Shown here: in pieces, positions 63,665-64,000 of the stretch
How the letters are laid out: every line of letters starts with the position of its first letter
Position numbering within the stretch: the first letter of the stretch is position 1
NCBI RefSeq assembly: GCF_021869535.1
Contig: NW_026262723.1
Location: 63,922,001-63,986,000 of the forward strand
Direction of reading: 5' to 3'
DNA: 64,000 nucleotides
DNA from: Mytilus californianus
Taxonomy: Eukaryota
Made by a program: the position numbers and the translations under genes
The notes under the pieces: generated by a model
What the model was told of the DNA's origin: nothing
Database searches by the model: none
Seen by the model: the letters and a program-made list of their open reading frames with translations, nothing else

Positions 63665-63874
63665 TACTGTAAATTCAGAAATTATTGCGTGCATTTATTA
63701 TTGCGATTTTGTCATTTTAGACTAAAATGCGATTCTAAGTTTTGCGATATTGAGACCAATCCTGTTTAATTCATATAAGATATTTCAAAATGCGAGTTTA
63801 AATTATTGCGATTATAACCCTGTCGCATTTTTCGCAATAATAAAAACATCGCAATAATTTCTGAATTTACAGTA
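63665..63874. mobile_element. MITE with perfect 25-bp TIRs and TA target duplication
   Basis: TACTGTAAATTCAGAAATTATTGCG ... CGCAATAATTTCTGAATTTACAGTA (TIR count includes the flanking TA); empty site TTGAC-TA-ATTGGTCT in the paralogous segment at about 37576-37590. Confidence 0.92.
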
Positions 63875-63893
63875 AATGGTCTAAACAGTAACT

Positions 63894-64000
63894 CTATAGC
63901 ATTTTATATATGATATCTTTTGATATTTTTATGGCCATGCCATCTATGTTGGAGATTTCAAAAAGTCCGGAAAACTGAAATCGTTTCTTGATTTTGTTAG
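63894..64000 (-). CDS. G6: 3' part of the terminal exon of a further G4-like paralog (continues beyond the window)
   Basis: NKIKKRFQFSGLFEISNIDGMAIKISKDIIYKML*; 25/34 identical to the G4 C-terminus with the same stop position. Confidence 0.8.
   Translation of the reverse strand, partial: NKIKKRFQFSGLFEISNIDGMAIKISKDIIYKML

Larger units (their letters stand above)
60250..64000. repeat. Segmental duplicate of about 34960-37700 (G4 terminal exon/3' UTR through G3 promoter and intron 1)
   Basis: Colinear blocks: 63894-64000~37602-37708; 63320-63655~36820-37170; 60860-61140~35945-36220; 60370-60630~34970-35340. Confidence 0.85.

Overview
AT-rich eukaryotic genomic DNA. The interspersed repeats point to a bivalve, most likely a Mytilus mussel (inference). 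Hand-splicing of the minus strand recovers a tandem array of one secreted-protein family that I cannot name. It has four complete 6-exon genes: G1 11537-3522 (387 aa), G2 22985-15921 (372 aa), G3 35960-26888 (381 aa) and G4 43036-37602 (374 aa). A decayed chimeric copy lies at about 60877-54156 and the last exon of a sixth copy is at the right edge. All four genes share intron phases 1,2,1,1,0 and canonical GT-AG sites. Their layout is: signal peptide; (R/K)R-Q site in G1-G3; CX10CX2CX4C cluster; about 150-165 aa Gly-rich amphipathic 11-mer cassette in exon 3; F-G-K-R or RRKR site; CX3CX2CX17C cluster; about 95-100 aa C-terminal domain. The cassette is near-neutral to acidic in G1-G3 but about +43 in G4. 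In G4 it ends in TGKKIWGGIKKLF-GKR, which resembles amidated helical antimicrobial peptides. This is the best candidate for an undescribed system: a convertase-processed precursor family with a hypervariable membrane-active cassette. The rest is Penelope-like retroelement debris (including hammerhead-like motifs), SINEs, MITE/foldback elements and a 51/66-bp satellite with higher-order structure. No database search was possible, so novelty and function are unverified; charges and lengths are hand counts.
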